NCBI RefSeq assembly: GCF_001457615.1
Contig: NZ_LN831024.1
Span: 2,580,001 to 2,612,000 of the forward strand
Length of the DNA stretch: 32,000 bases
Source: Pseudomonas aeruginosa
Lineage (GTDB): Bacteria; Pseudomonadota; Gammaproteobacteria; Pseudomonadales; Pseudomonadaceae
Direction of reading: 5' to 3'
Part shown: one piece after another, positions 31,317-32,000 of the stretch
How positions within the stretch are numbered: the first letter of the stretch is position 1
Layout: each line of letters begins with the position of its first letter
Program-made: the position numbers and the translations under genes
The notes under the pieces: generated by a model
The model's database searches: none
What the model was told of the DNA's origin: nothing
Seen by the model: the letters and a program-made list of their open reading frames with translations, nothing else

Positions 31317-31489
31317 GGCACTGGCTCCGCGACTTTTCTTGTTATTGGGGGCTTGGATGACCCCCATATGGATCATGAATGTTCATGGACGGAAAAAATA
31401 GACTGGGCAAATCTTAAGCCCTGTTCCGGCATCGTTACCAGCGCCTTTGTCCGATGCCTCGCCTGCCAACCCGTCAGAAGGTATCCCCC

Positions 31490-32000
31490 ATGGATTTCGC
31501 CTATTCCCCCAAGGTCCAGGAGCTGCGTGAACGCGTCAGCGCGTTCATGGAAGCGCATGTCTATCCCGCCGAAGCCGTGTTCGAGCGCCAGGTCGCCGAG
31601 GGCGACCGCTGGCAGCCGACGGCGATCATGGAAGAGCTGAAGGCCAAGGCCAAGGCCGAAGGGCTGTGGAACCTGTTCCTGCCCGAGTCCGAGTACGGTG
31701 CCGGGCTGGCCAACCACGAATATGCGCCGCTGGCGGAAATCATGGGCCGTTCGCTGATCGGGCCGGAACCCTTCAACTGCGCCGCGCCGGATACCGGCAA
31801 CATGGAGGTGCTGGTGCGCTACGGCAGCGAGGAGCAGAAGCGCACCTGGCTGGAACCGCTGCTGAGCGGCGAGATCCGCTCGGCCTTCGCCATGACCGAA
31901 CCGGGCGTGGCCTCGTCCGACGCCACCAATATGGAGGCGCGCGCCGAGCGCCAGGGCGACGACTGGGTGATCAACGGGCGCAAGTGGTGGACTTCCGGCG
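31490..32000 (+). CDS. Acyl-CoA dehydrogenase, 3'-truncated by window end
   Basis: [34 protein letters not shown]... [22 protein letters not shown]...WWTSG; runs off the window. Confidence 0.9.
   Translation, partial: MDFAYSPKVQELRERVSAFMEAHVYPAEAVFERQVAEGDRWQPTAIMEELKAKAKAEGLWNLFLPESEYGAGLANHEYAPLAEIMGRSLIGPEPFNCAAPDTGNMEVLVRYGSEEQKRTWLEPLLSGEIRSAFAMTEPGVASSDATNMEARAERQGDDWVINGRKWWTSG

Overview
The window looks like ordinary Pseudomonas aeruginosa core chromosome, inverted relative to PAO1 locus numbering (about PA2580 down to PA2550). That assignment comes from remembered protein families and gene order, not a database search. From left to right it carries: a MdaB-like quinone reductase; kynA; a GNAT acetyltransferase; a divergent Lrp/AsnC regulator and EamA permease; a nitroreductase; alkB1; an MCP chemoreceptor, a YN-GYP response regulator and a histidine kinase with a pseudo-receiver; tRNA-Leu(UAA); lecA with an upstream lux-box-like element; two small uncharacterised proteins; a GAF-(degenerate GGDEF)-EAL protein; a small membrane protein; a SulP permease; a CigR-like Gly/Lys-rich protein; the ctpH chemoreceptor; several small ORFs and a lipoprotein; MgtC/SapB; and a fatty-acid/branched-chain acyl-CoA cluster (two AMP-binding ligases, AraC and LysR regulators, SDR, thiolase, two acyl-CoA dehydrogenases). 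I found no CRISPR array, transposase, integrase, phage module or recognisable defence island. The best second-look items are: a degenerate signalling cassette around 7.9-10.7 kb; a six-cysteine exported protein next to lecA; an unlisted 48-aa cysteine-motif ORF at 21226-21372; a perfect 16-bp palindrome upstream of the acyl-CoA ligase; a perfect 16-bp-arm inverted repeat upstream of alkB1; and two related hairpins between the cigR-like gene and ctpH. None of these is strong evidence for a wholly new system.
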